DNA of 64,000 nucleotides. It comes from Candidatus Aenigmatarchaeota archaeon. Lineage in GTDB: Archaea; Aenigmatarchaeota; Aenigmatarchaeia; CG10238-14; WAMV01. The notes beneath the pieces are model-generated. The model had not been told where the DNA came from. It did not search any database and worked only from the letters and a program-made list of their open reading frames with translations. Below are positions 9,539-19,612 of the stretch, in pieces (positions within the stretch are counted from its first letter, which is position 1; each line of letters starts with the position of its first letter). The position numbers and the translations under genes were made by a program. The stretch spans positions 15,470 through 79,469 of the forward strand of contig WAMV01000007.1 of the NCBI GenBank assembly GCA_015522145.1, in the 5' to 3' direction.

Positions 9539-9820
9539 TTACCATCTTGGTATTTTTTTCTTTATTCTATCTTCTGGTCTACCCACTAATAATTTACCAT
9601 CTACCTTTACCTTTGTCCCGTCGGGCAAAGTAAAAATAAAGGTACAGAGCTTCTTGATTACTTTTTTTTCACCTTTTTTGGTTTCTATAGTCAATGTATT
9701 GTAAGTTTCGTCAACCACCTTTCCTCTTATTCCTTTATAAGAGGGGTTTACAGAATCTTTTACCTGAACCCTTAGGCCAATCAACTCATGCCTAACCAGA
9801 TTTTTGGGAGTAATTGGCAT
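9539..9820 (-). CDS. rnp1: RNase P protein component 1 (Rpp29/Pop4)
   Basis: HELIGL, GKVVDET and GRPEDRIK motifs; canonical operon position. Confidence 0.95.
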   Translation of the reverse strand: MPITPKNLVRHELIGLRVQVKDSVNPSYKGIRGKVVDETYNTLTIETKKGEKKVIKKLCTFIFTLPDGTKVKVDGKLLVGRPEDRIKKKIPRW

Positions 9821-10140
9821 TAATTCAATATTTCAATCTGTTCACTTTTATAACCTAGCTGTATTAAATATTCTTTGACTTTTTTCTTATGGTCACCCTG
9901 TAGCTCTATTCTATCATTCTTAAATGTGCCGCCACAAGCAAGCTTTGATTTTAAGAAGGAAGCAACTTTCTTTGGGTTCTCTTTAATGCCTTCTATTATG
10001 GTCATGTTTTTACCAAATCTTCTTTTTTCAGTATAAATCTTTATTTTCTCCTCTTCTTTTTTCAAAGTGTCGCAGATGCAAACATCCTTTGGCAGCCCAC
10101 AAACCTGGCAGGTCTCTTGCATCATCTCTCTACTTTCCAC
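9820..10140 (-). CDS. sui1: translation initiation factor aIF1 (SUI1)
   Basis: CxxCGLP, LACGGT and IELQGDH motifs. Confidence 0.95.
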   Translation of the reverse strand: MESREMMQETCQVCGLPKDVCICDTLKKEEEKIKIYTEKRRFGKNMTIIEGIKENPKKVASFLKSKLACGGTFKNDRIELQGDHKKKVKEYLIQLGYKSEQIEILN

Positions 10141-10333
10141 CTCTTAGCTTTTCATTCCTTATTGTAAGAATTCTGGCAATAGTTTTTTTAATTAACCTTA
10201 TTTTGGCAGGATTTTTTATGGGTCTTCTTGCTTTAACATTAGCAAGTTCTTTCATAAGCTCTAATTTTAATTCTCTCAACTTTTTATTTAAATCTTCTAT
10301 GCCCATCTTTCTAAGCTCATCAACTCTCTTCAT
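10130..10333 (-). CDS. rpl29: 50S ribosomal protein uL29
   Basis: ELRKM...IKKTIARILT. Confidence 0.95.
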   Translation of the reverse strand: MKRVDELRKMGIEDLNKKLRELKLELMKELANVKARRPIKNPAKIRLIKKTIARILTIRNEKLRGGK

Positions 10334-10940
10334 TTGAACTCACCTCTTGCAAATTTTTCTCTAATGCTAATTCTGGTGGTGCTTCTTTTAAAATCCTTAC
10401 CTCTATACCAACAATTCCTGGTTTTAGCAAAGCTTGAGCTCTGCCAACATCTACATAACGTTCAGCATACTCACCAGAATGTATAATAAAGCCAGCTCTA
10501 AACTTCTGAGTTCTTGACCTTTGAACTCCAGCAAGTTTACCAGAAAGTCTTATCTCAACGCCTATAGCACCTTCTTGTAATATCCTCCTAACATAATAAT
10601 TACCAACTTTTTTAAAATGAATGCCTCTCTCCAAAGCCTTTTTGATGCGGGAAGCCACTATATTAGCATCTAAAAACGGATTTTCAACAGTCCTTACCTC
10701 TAATATGGGATTCTCAAACCCAAATTTTTCTTTGATTTCTTTGGCTATTTCTGCAGCTCTTCTTCCGGACCTACCAACAACTAATCCTGGTCTGAAAGCA
10801 TAAACAATTATTCTGGTGCCTAAAGGGGTTCTTTGTATTTCTGACCTGCTGTAGCCTGCTCTTTCAAACTTCTTCCTTAGAAATTCCTCTAAATCTGCTT
10901 CTTTAATTCCTTCCTTTACGAACAGCTTTTCTTTACCCAT
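10320..10940 (-). CDS. rps3: 30S ribosomal protein uS3
   Basis: KH domain, RPGLVVGR, GVEIRLSGKL and GIVGIEV motifs. Confidence 0.97.
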   Translation of the reverse strand: MGKEKLFVKEGIKEADLEEFLRKKFERAGYSRSEIQRTPLGTRIIVYAFRPGLVVGRSGRRAAEIAKEIKEKFGFENPILEVRTVENPFLDANIVASRIKKALERGIHFKKVGNYYVRRILQEGAIGVEIRLSGKLAGVQRSRTQKFRAGFIIHSGEYAERYVDVGRAQALLKPGIVGIEVRILKEAPPELALEKNLQEVSSNEES

Positions 10941-11300
10941 TTATCTCTCCTCCAACACAATTGTTATGTTAGTTGACTTTCTTCTTCTTGCGGCAAACTT
11001 TGCTTTCTTAGCTGGATAGCTATATAAGGTTGTACCTTTATCTGCTTTTGCTATTTTAACAAATAGCTTATCTTCTTTCATATTTTTTTGTCTTGCGTTA
11101 GCCTCTGCTGCTTTCAGAACTTCTAAAATAACTTTAACAGTTTTAGTATAGTATTTCCCATCTATGCTCCTTTTTTTATCCAACAAATCTTGCAAAATTT
11201 TCTTTGCTTTTTTTAGTGGTTTATTTCTGATCAAAGAACAAACAACAACTGAATTCTTTAGCGATATAGGTTGATTTCTTGCAAAAGCTCTGGTCTGCAT
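10941..11300 (-). CDS. rpl22: 50S ribosomal protein uL22 (short form)
   Basis: ISLKNS...NARQK...TNITIVLEE; lies between uS19 and uS3. Confidence 0.92.
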   Translation of the reverse strand: MQTRAFARNQPISLKNSVVVCSLIRNKPLKKAKKILQDLLDKKRSIDGKYYTKTVKVILEVLKAAEANARQKNMKEDKLFVKIAKADKGTTLYSYPAKKAKFAARRRKSTNITIVLEER

Positions 11301-11305
11301 GGCTA

Positions 11306-11692
11306 TCACTTCTTAACAGAAATGTGCTTACTGCTTCTGGAAGCACCTATTCCTGGGGCTGAATGCTCAACTTTCTTAACAGGTATTGAAAACTCACCAA
11401 GCCTTCTTCCTATCATCTCTGGCTTAATTTCAACTGTAACAAATTCTTTGCCATTATAAACTCCTATTTTCCTACCTACCATCTCAGGCAAAATAATCAT
11501 GTCTCGCAAATGAGTTTTTATGTACTTATCTGGATGCTTTCTTAGCTTTTCCAAAAATTTTTTCTCTTCTTCAGTTAAACCTCTAAGCAACTTTCTTCTT
11601 GCTCTTGCCTTAAAAAGTCTAGCCAATTCTTTAAGACTCATTTTCTTCAATTCTTCAAGTGTATAGCCTCTGTAGGTAAACTTCTTTGCCAT
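11306..11692 (-). CDS. rps19: 30S ribosomal protein uS19
   Basis: [20 protein letters not shown] and LGEFS motifs. Confidence 0.97.
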   Translation of the reverse strand: MAKKFTYRGYTLEELKKMSLKELARLFKARARRKLLRGLTEEEKKFLEKLRKHPDKYIKTHLRDMIILPEMVGRKIGVYNGKEFVTVEIKPEMIGRRLGEFSIPVKKVEHSAPGIGASRSSKHISVKK

Positions 11693-11778
11693 AGTCTCGA
11701 TAAAAAATTGTTAGCAAGGTGATTTATAAATTTTTGAAATTGCTAGCATTTTAAAAATAAAATCATTAAATAAGAGTT

Positions 11779-13215
11779 ATGGAAGAAGAGAACATTAAGC
11801 CTGAGAAAATACCTGAAAAGGAAAATTTTATAGAATGGTATAATGCTGTAATACAGCTTGCTGAAGTTGTTGATAGGCGTTATCCTGTTAAAGGAACTTT
11901 TGTTTGGATGCCCTTTGGTTTAAAATTGATGAAAAAAATAGTAGCTTACTGGGATAAGCTATTTAAAGAGAATGGTATAGAAGAGGTTTACTTTCCTTTA
12001 TTTGTGCCTTTGGGTTATGCCAAAATAAATGAAGAGTGGTTTTCTGGTTTTAAAGATGAATTGTTTTACATTTATGATTCTCAGGGCAATTCTCTAGATT
12101 TGGTTCTAAGACCTACAGGAGAGCCTGCTATGTACCCAATCTTTAGAATGTGGATAAAAGATGGAAAGCTCCCAATAAAGGTTTACCAAACCGTTTCCTC
12201 TTTTAGAAAAGAGGGGAAGACTACACACACAATGATAAGAGACAGGGAAATAACTTTTTGGTATGAAATTCATACAGTGCATAAAACTAAAGAAGAGGCT
12301 GAAGAAGAAGTAAAAAAACATTTGGATATGAACATAAAAATTTGGAAAGAATTGTTAAACATTCCTCCTATAGTTGTTGCTAAGCCAAAATATGAAATAT
12401 TTCCTGGTGCAGTTTCTGCGCTAGAGTTTTACTCTATTTTGCCTAATGGTAGGCTTCTGGAAAACGGAAGCGTTAATAACTTAGGCCAGGCCTATGCAAA
12501 GAAATTTGATTTGTATATTGTGGAAAATGGAAAAAAGGAGTATTGCTGGCAAGTGTGTACGGGCAATGGTGCCAGATACTTGGTAGCTGTTATAGCTTTG
12601 CATGGAGATGAAAGAGGTTTAGTATTGCCTCCAAAAATTGCGCCTATAGAGGTTGTTATAATTCCTATTTACACAAAAGAAAACAAAGAAGGTGTTTTGG
12701 AAGAAGCTAAAAAGCTTGAAAAAAAGCTAAAAGAATTTGGCTTCAAAGCTTATGCTGATTTAAACGAAAAGATTACACCTGGTGAGAAATTCAACATATG
12801 GGATATAAAAGGCATACCTATAAGAATAGAGCTCGGCCCAAAAGAAATAGAAAGCCAAATACTAACTGTGTACAGAAGGGATAGGAAAGAAAGAATGAAA
12901 ATAAAATACAATGAAATAGAAAAAATAAAAGAATTGTTAAACCAAATAAGTGAAGATCTCTACGATAAAGTTCAAAACTTTTATGATGAAGTAATAAAAA
13001 GAGCCAATTCTTGGGAAGAAGTAGAAAAAATAGTTAAAGAGGGTAAAGTAGCTAAAGCAAATTGGTGTGAAAGTAAAGAATGTTATGATGAAATTTCTAT
13101 GCGTATAGAAAGTGTTGAGGCAATAGGAACGTTGATAGATGAAAAAGAAAATGGTAGCTGCGTGATTTGTGGTAAGGAAACTGAGAAGCTTGCGTTAATT
13201 GGTAAGGTTTATTGA
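11779..13215 (+). CDS. proS: proline--tRNA ligase (archaeal/eukaryotic type)
   Basis: YPVKG, LRPTGE, HGDERGLVLPP, C-terminal zinc-like motif and terminal Y. Confidence 0.93.
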   Translation: MEEENIKPEKIPEKENFIEWYNAVIQLAEVVDRRYPVKGTFVWMPFGLKLMKKIVAYWDKLFKENGIEEVYFPLFVPLGYAKINEEWFSGFKDELFYIYDSQGNSLDLVLRPTGEPAMYPIFRMWIKDGKLPIKVYQTVSSFRKEGKTTHTMIRDREITFWYEIHTVHKTKEEAEEEVKKHLDMNIKIWKELLNIPPIVVAKPKYEIFPGAVSALEFYSILPNGRLLENGSVNNLGQAYAKKFDLYIVENGKKEYCWQVCTGNGARYLVAVIALHGDERGLVLPPKIAPIEVVIIPIYTKENKEGVLEEAKKLEKKLKEFGFKAYADLNEKITPGEKFNIWDIKGIPIRIELGPKEIESQILTVYRRDRKERMKIKYNEIEKIKELLNQISEDLYDKVQNFYDEVIKRANSWEEVEKIVKEGKVAKANWCESKECYDEISMRIESVEAIGTLIDEKENGSCVICGKETEKLALIGKVY

Positions 13216-13919
13216 GTTTGTTTTTTCCTTCTTTTCCTGACACCAACTCTTCTTGCTGCTATGCTACCTACTTTAGCTCCTGGTGGGGCATGCCTGCTAA
13301 CAACTTTCTGTCTTGGTCTGTGGCTTTTTCCACCAAATGGATGGTCTACAGGATTCATAACGTTTGCTTTAACCCTAGGATAAAGTTTTCCTCTTGCTTG
13401 CATGGCTATATGCTTCTTTCCAGCCTTAACCCAAGGCTTTTCTTTTATTCCAGCTGCTGCTGGAACTCCTATGGTTGCTAAGCATTTCTCATCAAGCTCT
13501 TTAAGCTTACCACTAGCTAGTTGAATTATTACCTTATCTTTTGTTTTTCCAACAACAGTAGCATAGCTACCTGCACTTCTACAAAGCTTAGGTCCAGAAC
13601 CTGGATAAGTTTCTATACCAAAAATTTTGGTGCCTTCTGGTATGTTCTTGAGCTGAGCTATGCTACCTGTTGTTAGTTGAGAATTGAAATAAACTGTGTC
13701 CCCAACTTTTATTCCCATTGGGGCAATGTTCAAAAATTGCTCTCCCTCATTAGTCTTGATTATCATAACAGGAGCGCTTCTTCCAGGATCATGAAGTATG
13801 TCAACAACCTTGCCTGTGGTAAAAGGTTTATACTCAACTTTACCAACATACCTATGGCTAGGAGCCCTATACCTTGGTCCTCCTTTACCCCTGGCCCTAG
13901 CAATTATTCTCTTACCCAT
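13209..13919 (-). CDS. rpl2: 50S ribosomal protein uL2
   Basis: HDPGRSAP, MNPVDHPFGG and PPGAKVG motifs. Confidence 0.97.
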   Translation of the reverse strand: MGKRIIARARGKGGPRYRAPSHRYVGKVEYKPFTTGKVVDILHDPGRSAPVMIIKTNEGEQFLNIAPMGIKVGDTVYFNSQLTTGSIAQLKNIPEGTKIFGIETYPGSGPKLCRSAGSYATVVGKTKDKVIIQLASGKLKELDEKCLATIGVPAAAGIKEKPWVKAGKKHIAMQARGKLYPRVKANVMNPVDHPFGGKSHRPRQKVVSRHAPPGAKVGSIAARRVGVRKRRKKQTQ

Positions 13920-13927
13920 AACATCAC

Positions 13928-14206
13928 CTACATTATACCTAGCTTAGTTGCTACATCTATAGCTTTATATTCTGGCTTTAGCTTAATTATTGCTTTCTTT
14001 TCACCTTTAAAAGTTATCATTGTGTTAACCTTATCCACTTTAACCTGGAAAAGTTTTTCAAAAGCCTCCTTTATTTGCTGCTTATTTGCTTTTCGATCCA
14101 CTATAAAGGTTATTTTATTTTCTTTCTCAATTAGGCTAATTGTTTTTTCAGTTACATAAGGGTACTTCAATATTTTAAAAGGGTCTTTTAGCTTAGTTTT
14201 TGCCAT
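13928..14206 (-). CDS. rpl23: 50S ribosomal protein uL23
   Basis: PYVTEK, KVNT and KKAIIKL motifs. Confidence 0.96.
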   Translation of the reverse strand: MAKTKLKDPFKILKYPYVTEKTISLIEKENKITFIVDRKANKQQIKEAFEKLFQVKVDKVNTMITFKGEKKAIIKLKPEYKAIDVATKLGIM

Positions 14207-15009
14207 ATTTCTCCCAACCTCTCTATAGCTGATTTTGTAAATATTGTTAGCCTGCCAGGATGTGCTCCTGGTGCAAGATATTCTGCGCTCAAATTCTCAA
14301 CCCTAACAACATGACAGCCAGGCAAGTTTTTAATAGCTTTGCCTATTCCCTCATCTTTATCCACCACAAATAATATGCCTACTCTTTTCCTATATCTTCT
14401 GCCTCTCATCTTGCCTTTGCCAGCCCTAACTTTCTTTTTCTTAATTCTTTTTAGCTCTTCTTCCAAGCCAATCTTCTTTAAAAACTCTACAAGCTCTTTG
14501 GTTTTAGAGATTTTTTGAATATCGTCCTCTACCACTATAGGCAAAGAAGATAAGTTTTGAACTTTGTGGCCTCTGGCTTGTACAAGCTCTTTGACTGCAG
14601 TGGCTGCTATCGCTGAAGCTATGGCAAGCCTTCTCTCTTTTTTGTTTATTTTTTGCTCCCAGACTTTCTCAACTTTTGGTGGATGGGCACGCATACCTTT
14701 CCTTACATTACTAGACCTTCTAGCAACGAACATCATATGGGGTGGTGCATTACCATGAATTCTTGCATGCCTTGCCATTTCCCTATCCATCATTAAGTAC
14801 TCTGCCCTTAGCCTTCTTCTGCCATGATAATGAGCTGAAGTTCTCTTGCCTGCATAAACATCTGTACCATAAGGTTGCCTTTTCTTGCTTTGCGTAGCTA
14901 GAAATGCTCTTTTTATCAAATCCTCCCTAATAGGAGTGGAAAAAACTTTTGGTAGCTTTACTTTGCCTACTACTTCACCATTTATCGAGTAAAGGTTAGC
15001 CTCTTTCAT
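14188..15009 (-). CDS. rpl4: 50S ribosomal protein uL4
   Basis: [23 protein letters not shown] and [10 protein letters not shown] motifs. Confidence 0.97.
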   Translation of the reverse strand: MKEANLYSINGEVVGKVKLPKVFSTPIREDLIKRAFLATQSKKRQPYGTDVYAGKRTSAHYHGRRRLRAEYLMMDREMARHARIHGNAPPHMMFVARRSSNVRKGMRAHPPKVEKVWEQKINKKERRLAIASAIAATAVKELVQARGHKVQNLSSLPIVVEDDIQKISKTKELVEFLKKIGLEEELKRIKKKKVRAGKGKMRGRRYRKRVGILFVVDKDEGIGKAIKNLPGCHVVRVENLSAEYLAPGAHPGRLTIFTKSAIERLGEIWQKLS

Positions 15010-15976
15010 AAACAACCTCCTTTATTGGATAAATTACTTTTTTAAGTTTATGAGGTCTTATAGCTTCCCTTAAAATTATCAACCTCTTTTTTGGGCCGGG
15101 TACAGAGCCGTGAATTAATACATACTTAGTTCTTACTAAACCATATTTGTGATGACCTGATTTTGGATTTATCTCTTGACCATTACCTATCTTGAGAATT
15201 CTTTTATTATATTCTGTTCTTTGTTGAAAGCCTAGCTGTCCAGCTTGGGGAACTGTATAAAGCACTTTCGCAGGATTCTCTGATCCTAGAGTACCAACAT
15301 GTCTTCTTTTCTTTTTTGCTTTTCTTGTCTGGATTTTAACGCCAAACCTCTTGACAGGGCCTGCTGTACCTTTACCTTTGGTTATTCCTATAACATCAAC
15401 CAGAACACCTTCTTCAAAAACCTCGCTTATATCAAGCTCCTTGCCTAGTTTTTGTTTTGCGTATTCCCAAGCATCTTTAGCATTGCCTCCAACTTCGATT
15501 TCAAAAACTTCTGGTTTCTTTTTTCTTACGCCTGAGATTTTTGGCTGAGTAGCTACAATCAGCCTGACTTTCTCTATTTTATCCAAACTGTTTTCTATTT
15601 CCTTAAGTTTTTTGTCTATATCGTGTGGGTTTAATGTTTTTATCTTCCTCTTTATTTCTGGCGGCAAATTTTTGGTCCAAACTTCAGAAAAAACCTTTAA
15701 GCCTTTTGTTGTTTTTTCATACACTCTTATACCCACAACAAGTAGGGGTGGGACCTCTATTATAGTTGCTGGCAAAGCTATATCTTCGTTATAGCTTAAT
15801 GAAGTTTGGACAGGGTCCTTAGCTATTACGTGAACCATACCGACTTTGTAGCCTGCGAAAGCTAATGGCTTTACTTTTTCGCTTTTAGGAAAGTTTATTC
15901 TTGGATAGATTCTTCTAGCTCTAACTCTAGGATAAAAAGCCATGCTTCCTGCTCTTGGCTTGCTATCTTTTACCAT
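14996..15976 (-). CDS. rpl3: 50S ribosomal protein uL3
   Basis: GYKVGM, TKGKG, AGQLG, RTEYNK and GSVPGP motifs. Confidence 0.97.
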   Translation of the reverse strand: MVKDSKPRAGSMAFYPRVRARRIYPRINFPKSEKVKPLAFAGYKVGMVHVIAKDPVQTSLSYNEDIALPATIIEVPPLLVVGIRVYEKTTKGLKVFSEVWTKNLPPEIKRKIKTLNPHDIDKKLKEIENSLDKIEKVRLIVATQPKISGVRKKKPEVFEIEVGGNAKDAWEYAKQKLGKELDISEVFEEGVLVDVIGITKGKGTAGPVKRFGVKIQTRKAKKKRRHVGTLGSENPAKVLYTVPQAGQLGFQQRTEYNKRILKIGNGQEINPKSGHHKYGLVRTKYVLIHGSVPGPKKRLIILREAIRPHKLKKVIYPIKEVVYERG

Positions 15977-16030
15977 ATTCTAGCCTCTTTTTTGGTATAT
16001 TATTAATTTTTGGATAAGGTTAATATAGTT

Positions 16031-16504
16031 ATGGTAGATTGTGTAATTTGTTCTATAGCTCAAAAGAAAATTAAATCCTTTATTATCTATGAGAGCTCTG
16101 ACTTTATAGCATTTTTAGACATAATGCCTAGAGTTAAAGGCATGACAATTGTTGCTCCAAAAGAGCATGTAACTAGCTTAGTAGATTATGATAAAGCATT
16201 TGAGCTAATGAAAACAGTTTTGAAAGTTGCTAAACAAATTAAGGTCGAATTAAATGCAAAATCTGTAATAATTAGCAATTTACCCACACAATCCGGCCAT
16301 TTAATAATTAAACTGTACCCTATAAAAGAAGATACAGAATTCCCCTTATTTGAAAAAGATCCCATAAGGTTAGATGAAAAAGATCTAATGGATCTTTTAG
16401 AAAAATTGAAAATAGAAGAAATTGAAGAGTATGAAAAAAAGAAAATTCAAGAAAGGGATGTAGAATATATGGAAAAATTAAAACGGGAGTGGGAGTTTAC
16501 TTAA
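16031..16504 (+). CDS. HIT-family protein with degenerate histidine triad
   Basis: CVIC, AFLDIMP and PKEH fit the HIT fold; only one His where HxHxH is expected. Confidence 0.75.
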   Translation: MVDCVICSIAQKKIKSFIIYESSDFIAFLDIMPRVKGMTIVAPKEHVTSLVDYDKAFELMKTVLKVAKQIKVELNAKSVIISNLPTQSGHLIIKLYPIKEDTEFPLFEKDPIRLDEKDLMDLLEKLKIEEIEEYEKKKIQERDVEYMEKLKREWEFT

Positions 16505-16536
16505 TTTTTTAAACCCCGTTTAAAAACTAAATTATT

Positions 16537-17028
16537 ATGGTTAAACTAGAGACTGTTAAAATAGAAGCTAGGGAAGGAGTTAATGTTATAATTGGTACAT
16601 CTCATTTCATAAAAACCGTAGAAGATTTATATGAGGCTTTAGTTAATAGCGTACCAGATATAAAGTTTGGTTTAGCATTTTGTGAAGCCTCTGGAGACAG
16701 GCTAGTAAGGTATGATGGAAATGATGAAGAGCTTATAGAATTAGCAAAACAAAAAGCTTTAGAGATTGGAGCTGGGCATAGCTTCATAATCTTCATAAAA
16801 AATGCTTTTCCCATAAACGTGCTTGATAGAATAAAAGCTGTACCCGAAGTTGTCAATATACTTGCAGCTACTGGCAATCCTGTAGAAATTATAATAGCTG
16901 AGACTGAGCAAGGGAGAGCTATTATTGGTATAGTAGACGGGCAAAAACCTTTAGGTATAGAAGATGAAAACAAAATAAAAGAAAGAAAAGAGTTCTTAAG
17001 AAAAATTGGTTATAAACAACAACCTTAG
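16537..17028 (+). CDS. adenosine-specific kinase family protein (DUF355)
   Basis: [19 protein letters not shown] and AETEQGR motifs. Confidence 0.88.
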   Translation: MVKLETVKIEAREGVNVIIGTSHFIKTVEDLYEALVNSVPDIKFGLAFCEASGDRLVRYDGNDEELIELAKQKALEIGAGHSFIIFIKNAFPINVLDRIKAVPEVVNILAATGNPVEIIIAETEQGRAIIGIVDGQKPLGIEDENKIKERKEFLRKIGYKQQP

Positions 17029-17070
17029 CAAATAGTAAGATTTAAATTGAAACCTTCTAAATTCATTAGT

Positions 17071-17457
17071 ATGAGACACAATTTGCTGGCAGATGCGTTA
17101 TCAATGATAAAGAATGCTGAAAGAGTGGGAAAGAAAGAAGTAGTTATACCCGCTAGCAAACTAATAGGTAATGTGCTAGAAGTTATGAAAAAATACAATT
17201 ATATAGAGGGTTATGAATTTGTTGACGACGGCAAATCAGGCAAGTTTAAAGTTAAGCTCATAGGTAAGATTAACAACTGTAATGTTATATCACCAAGGTT
17301 TTCCACAAAGATTGATGAGTTTGAAAAGTGGGAAAAAAGATTTTTGCCAGCAGTTAACTTTGGTATTTTAATTTTAACTACCCCCAAAGGTGTTATGAGT
17401 CATCATGAAGCAAAAAAACTTGGTATAGGTGGTCAGCTTTTAGCTTATGTTTATTAA
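17071..17457 (+). CDS. rps8: 30S ribosomal protein uS8
   Basis: IKNAE, ISPRF and [10 protein letters not shown] motifs. Confidence 0.97.
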   Translation: MRHNLLADALSMIKNAERVGKKEVVIPASKLIGNVLEVMKKYNYIEGYEFVDDGKSGKFKVKLIGKINNCNVISPRFSTKIDEFEKWEKRFLPAVNFGILILTTPKGVMSHHEAKKLGIGGQLLAYVY

Positions 17458-17466
17458 GGTGAAACC

Positions 17467-18009
17467 ATGCCTTTCAAAAAAGTTATAGAAGTGCCAGAAG
17501 ATGTAAGCGTAGAAATTGAAAATTATAAAATAAAAGCTTCTGGTCCCTTAGGTGCGCTAGAAAAGGAACTTAAAGAGCTTGAACGTTTTGATGAAATAAA
17601 GATAGAGAAACAAGACAACAAAATAATTGTTAGAATAGAGGGAAAGGAAAGAAGAAAAGTAAAAGCAATGGCTGGTAAAATAGCTGCTTTAATCAGAAAT
17701 GCTATAAAAGGCGTAAAAGAAGGATTCACTTACAAAATGAGAATTGTTTATTCTCACTTCCCCATAAAAGTTGAAATAAAAGACAATGAAGTAATAATAA
17801 ACAACTTCCTGGGTGAAAGAACGCCAAGAATTGCTAAGATTGTTGGCAACACTAAGGTAGAAATTAAAGGTCAGGATATAATAGTGACATCTGTAGATAA
17901 AGAGGAGGCAGGACAAACAGCAGGAAATATAGAGCAAGCAACCAGAATAACAGGAAAGGACAGAAGAGTGTTTCAGGATGGAATTTTTATAGTGGAGAAG
18001 CCAAAATGA
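17467..18009 (+). CDS. rpl6: 50S ribosomal protein uL6
   Basis: YSHFP, NFLGE and DRRVFQDGIFI motifs. Confidence 0.97.
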   Translation: MPFKKVIEVPEDVSVEIENYKIKASGPLGALEKELKELERFDEIKIEKQDNKIIVRIEGKERRKVKAMAGKIAALIRNAIKGVKEGFTYKMRIVYSHFPIKVEIKDNEVIINNFLGERTPRIAKIVGNTKVEIKGQDIIVTSVDKEEAGQTAGNIEQATRITGKDRRVFQDGIFIVEKPK

Positions 18010-18482
18010 TGGCGAAAATAGTAAGTTTTGTCTTTTCTCTTTTATCCTATTTTTTCAAAAAACCTACCATAGCCACCGATGTGGTTGTTGAGAAGAATGG
18101 TAAAATTTTGCTTATAAAAAGAACTTTCTGGCCATATGATAATTACTATAGCTTACCAGGGGGCATGGTGGAATATGGAGAAAGAGTTGAAGATGCTGCT
18201 AAACGAGAGCTTTACGAAGAAACTGGTTTAAAAGCTAAGGAATTAAAACTGTTGGGTGTTTTCTCTGACCCCAAAAGAGACCCTAGATGGCATGCTATAA
18301 CTATAGCATTTGCTGTTACTAAATTCAGTGGTCAAATAAGACCTAGCATAGAAAGCAAAGAAGTTGTCTGGATGGACATTAGAAAAGTAAAAAAACTTAA
18401 ATTAGCATTTGACCATAACAAAATCATTAACACTTATTTAAGGTGGAAATATGGTCAATCCAAAGAAAAAAATAAGGTTTAG
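18006..18482 (+). CDS. Nudix hydrolase (ADP-ribose pyrophosphatase-like)
   Basis: Nudix box GGMVEYGERVEDAAKRELYEETG; RDPR and AFDH motifs. Confidence 0.9.
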   Translation: MMAKIVSFVFSLLSYFFKKPTIATDVVVEKNGKILLIKRTFWPYDNYYSLPGGMVEYGERVEDAAKRELYEETGLKAKELKLLGVFSDPKRDPRWHAITIAFAVTKFSGQIRPSIESKEVVWMDIRKVKKLKLAFDHNKIINTYLRWKYGQSKEKNKV

Positions 18483-18798
18483 AAGACAGATGAGCGAAGC
18501 TTATGTTAGAGTTAAAGAAAGTTGGCGCAGGCCTAGAGGTCAAACCAATAAAGTTAGAAAAGAGTATAAGGGTAAAATCGCTAAAGTAAAGATTGGTTAT
18601 AAAGCTGATGCCAATCTTAGATTTTTACATCCTTCTGGCTACAAAGAAGTACTAGTTCATAACTTAAAAGAACTGGAAAAGGTGGATCCAAAAACTCAAG
18701 CTGTAAGAATTGCCAGCACTGTTGGTAAAAAGAAGAGAATGAAAATAATCAAAAAAGCCGAAGAGCTTGGAATAAAAGTTTTAAATCCTCAGCTATAA
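18451..18798 (+). CDS. rpl32e: 50S ribosomal protein eL32
   Basis: WRRPRG, HPSG and VLN motifs. Confidence 0.96.
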   Translation: MVNPKKKIRFRRQMSEAYVRVKESWRRPRGQTNKVRKEYKGKIAKVKIGYKADANLRFLHPSGYKEVLVHNLKELEKVDPKTQAVRIASTVGKKKRMKIIKKAEELGIKVLNPQL

Positions 18799-19574
18799 GC
18801 TAAGGCTCTTAACAAATCTTTTTTTGTTATTATGCCTACCAAGCTTCCATTTTCTATTACTGGCAGGCCAGAAATGTCATGCTCTAACATTATTTTGGCT
18901 GCCTTGCTCAGAGTATCTTCTGGACTTATTGTTATAACATTTTTGCTCATTATGTCTTGAACTGTATATTGTCTCAATTTTTCATTCCAGTGTTTTCCTT
19001 CTGCTCTTTGCCTAAACTTTTGCAGAAAGTTTGAAATATCAGAATAACAAAGCATGCCTACTAGCTCATTGCCCCTAACAACCGGCAAGCGAGAAATTTT
19101 TTTGTTAATGAGTATTTTTCTTGCCTCTAAAATTCTTGTGGTTGGTGCAACAGTAGTAACTTTTCTATGCATAAATTCCCTAACCTTTCTTTTATCTTGT
19201 ATCAGAGCTTTTATTAAATCCGTTTTTGTAATTATGCCTACTATTTTCTCATTATCAATAACAATTAAGCTAGATATATCATTTTTTAACATTAACTTTG
19301 CGGCTTCCTTTATGTCAGCATTTGCTTTTATAGTTACTAGTTTTTTTGAATAACAAGAAGAAACGTATACGTGAGCGTCTGATATGCTTCTTTCTTTTTC
19401 ATGTCCGAGTCTCCTAGCCAAATCTTTAAAAGTTACTATACCAACAATTTCTTTGTTTTTAGTAACTAAAAGACGAGAAATATTGTGTTTATTCATTAAT
19501 TTTACCGCATTACGCACTGGTGAGTTTGCATCTATAGTAATTAAGTTCTTGTTAGCAAGTTCTATAACCTTCAC
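18789..19574 (-). CDS. protein with four CBS domains
   Basis: Repeated ISRL.V...VGIVT..D units. Confidence 0.9.
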   Translation of the reverse strand: MKVIELANKNLITIDANSPVRNAVKLMNKHNISRLLVTKNKEIVGIVTFKDLARRLGHEKERSISDAHVYVSSCYSKKLVTIKANADIKEAAKLMLKNDISSLIVIDNEKIVGIITKTDLIKALIQDKRKVREFMHRKVTTVAPTTRILEARKILINKKISRLPVVRGNELVGMLCYSDISNFLQKFRQRAEGKHWNEKLRQYTVQDIMSKNVITISPEDTLSKAAKIMLEHDISGLPVIENGSLVGIITKKDLLRALAYS

Positions 19575-19612
19575 AAATATAGTTTTTTGTTTTCCAATTA
19601 AATTTTTATTTT

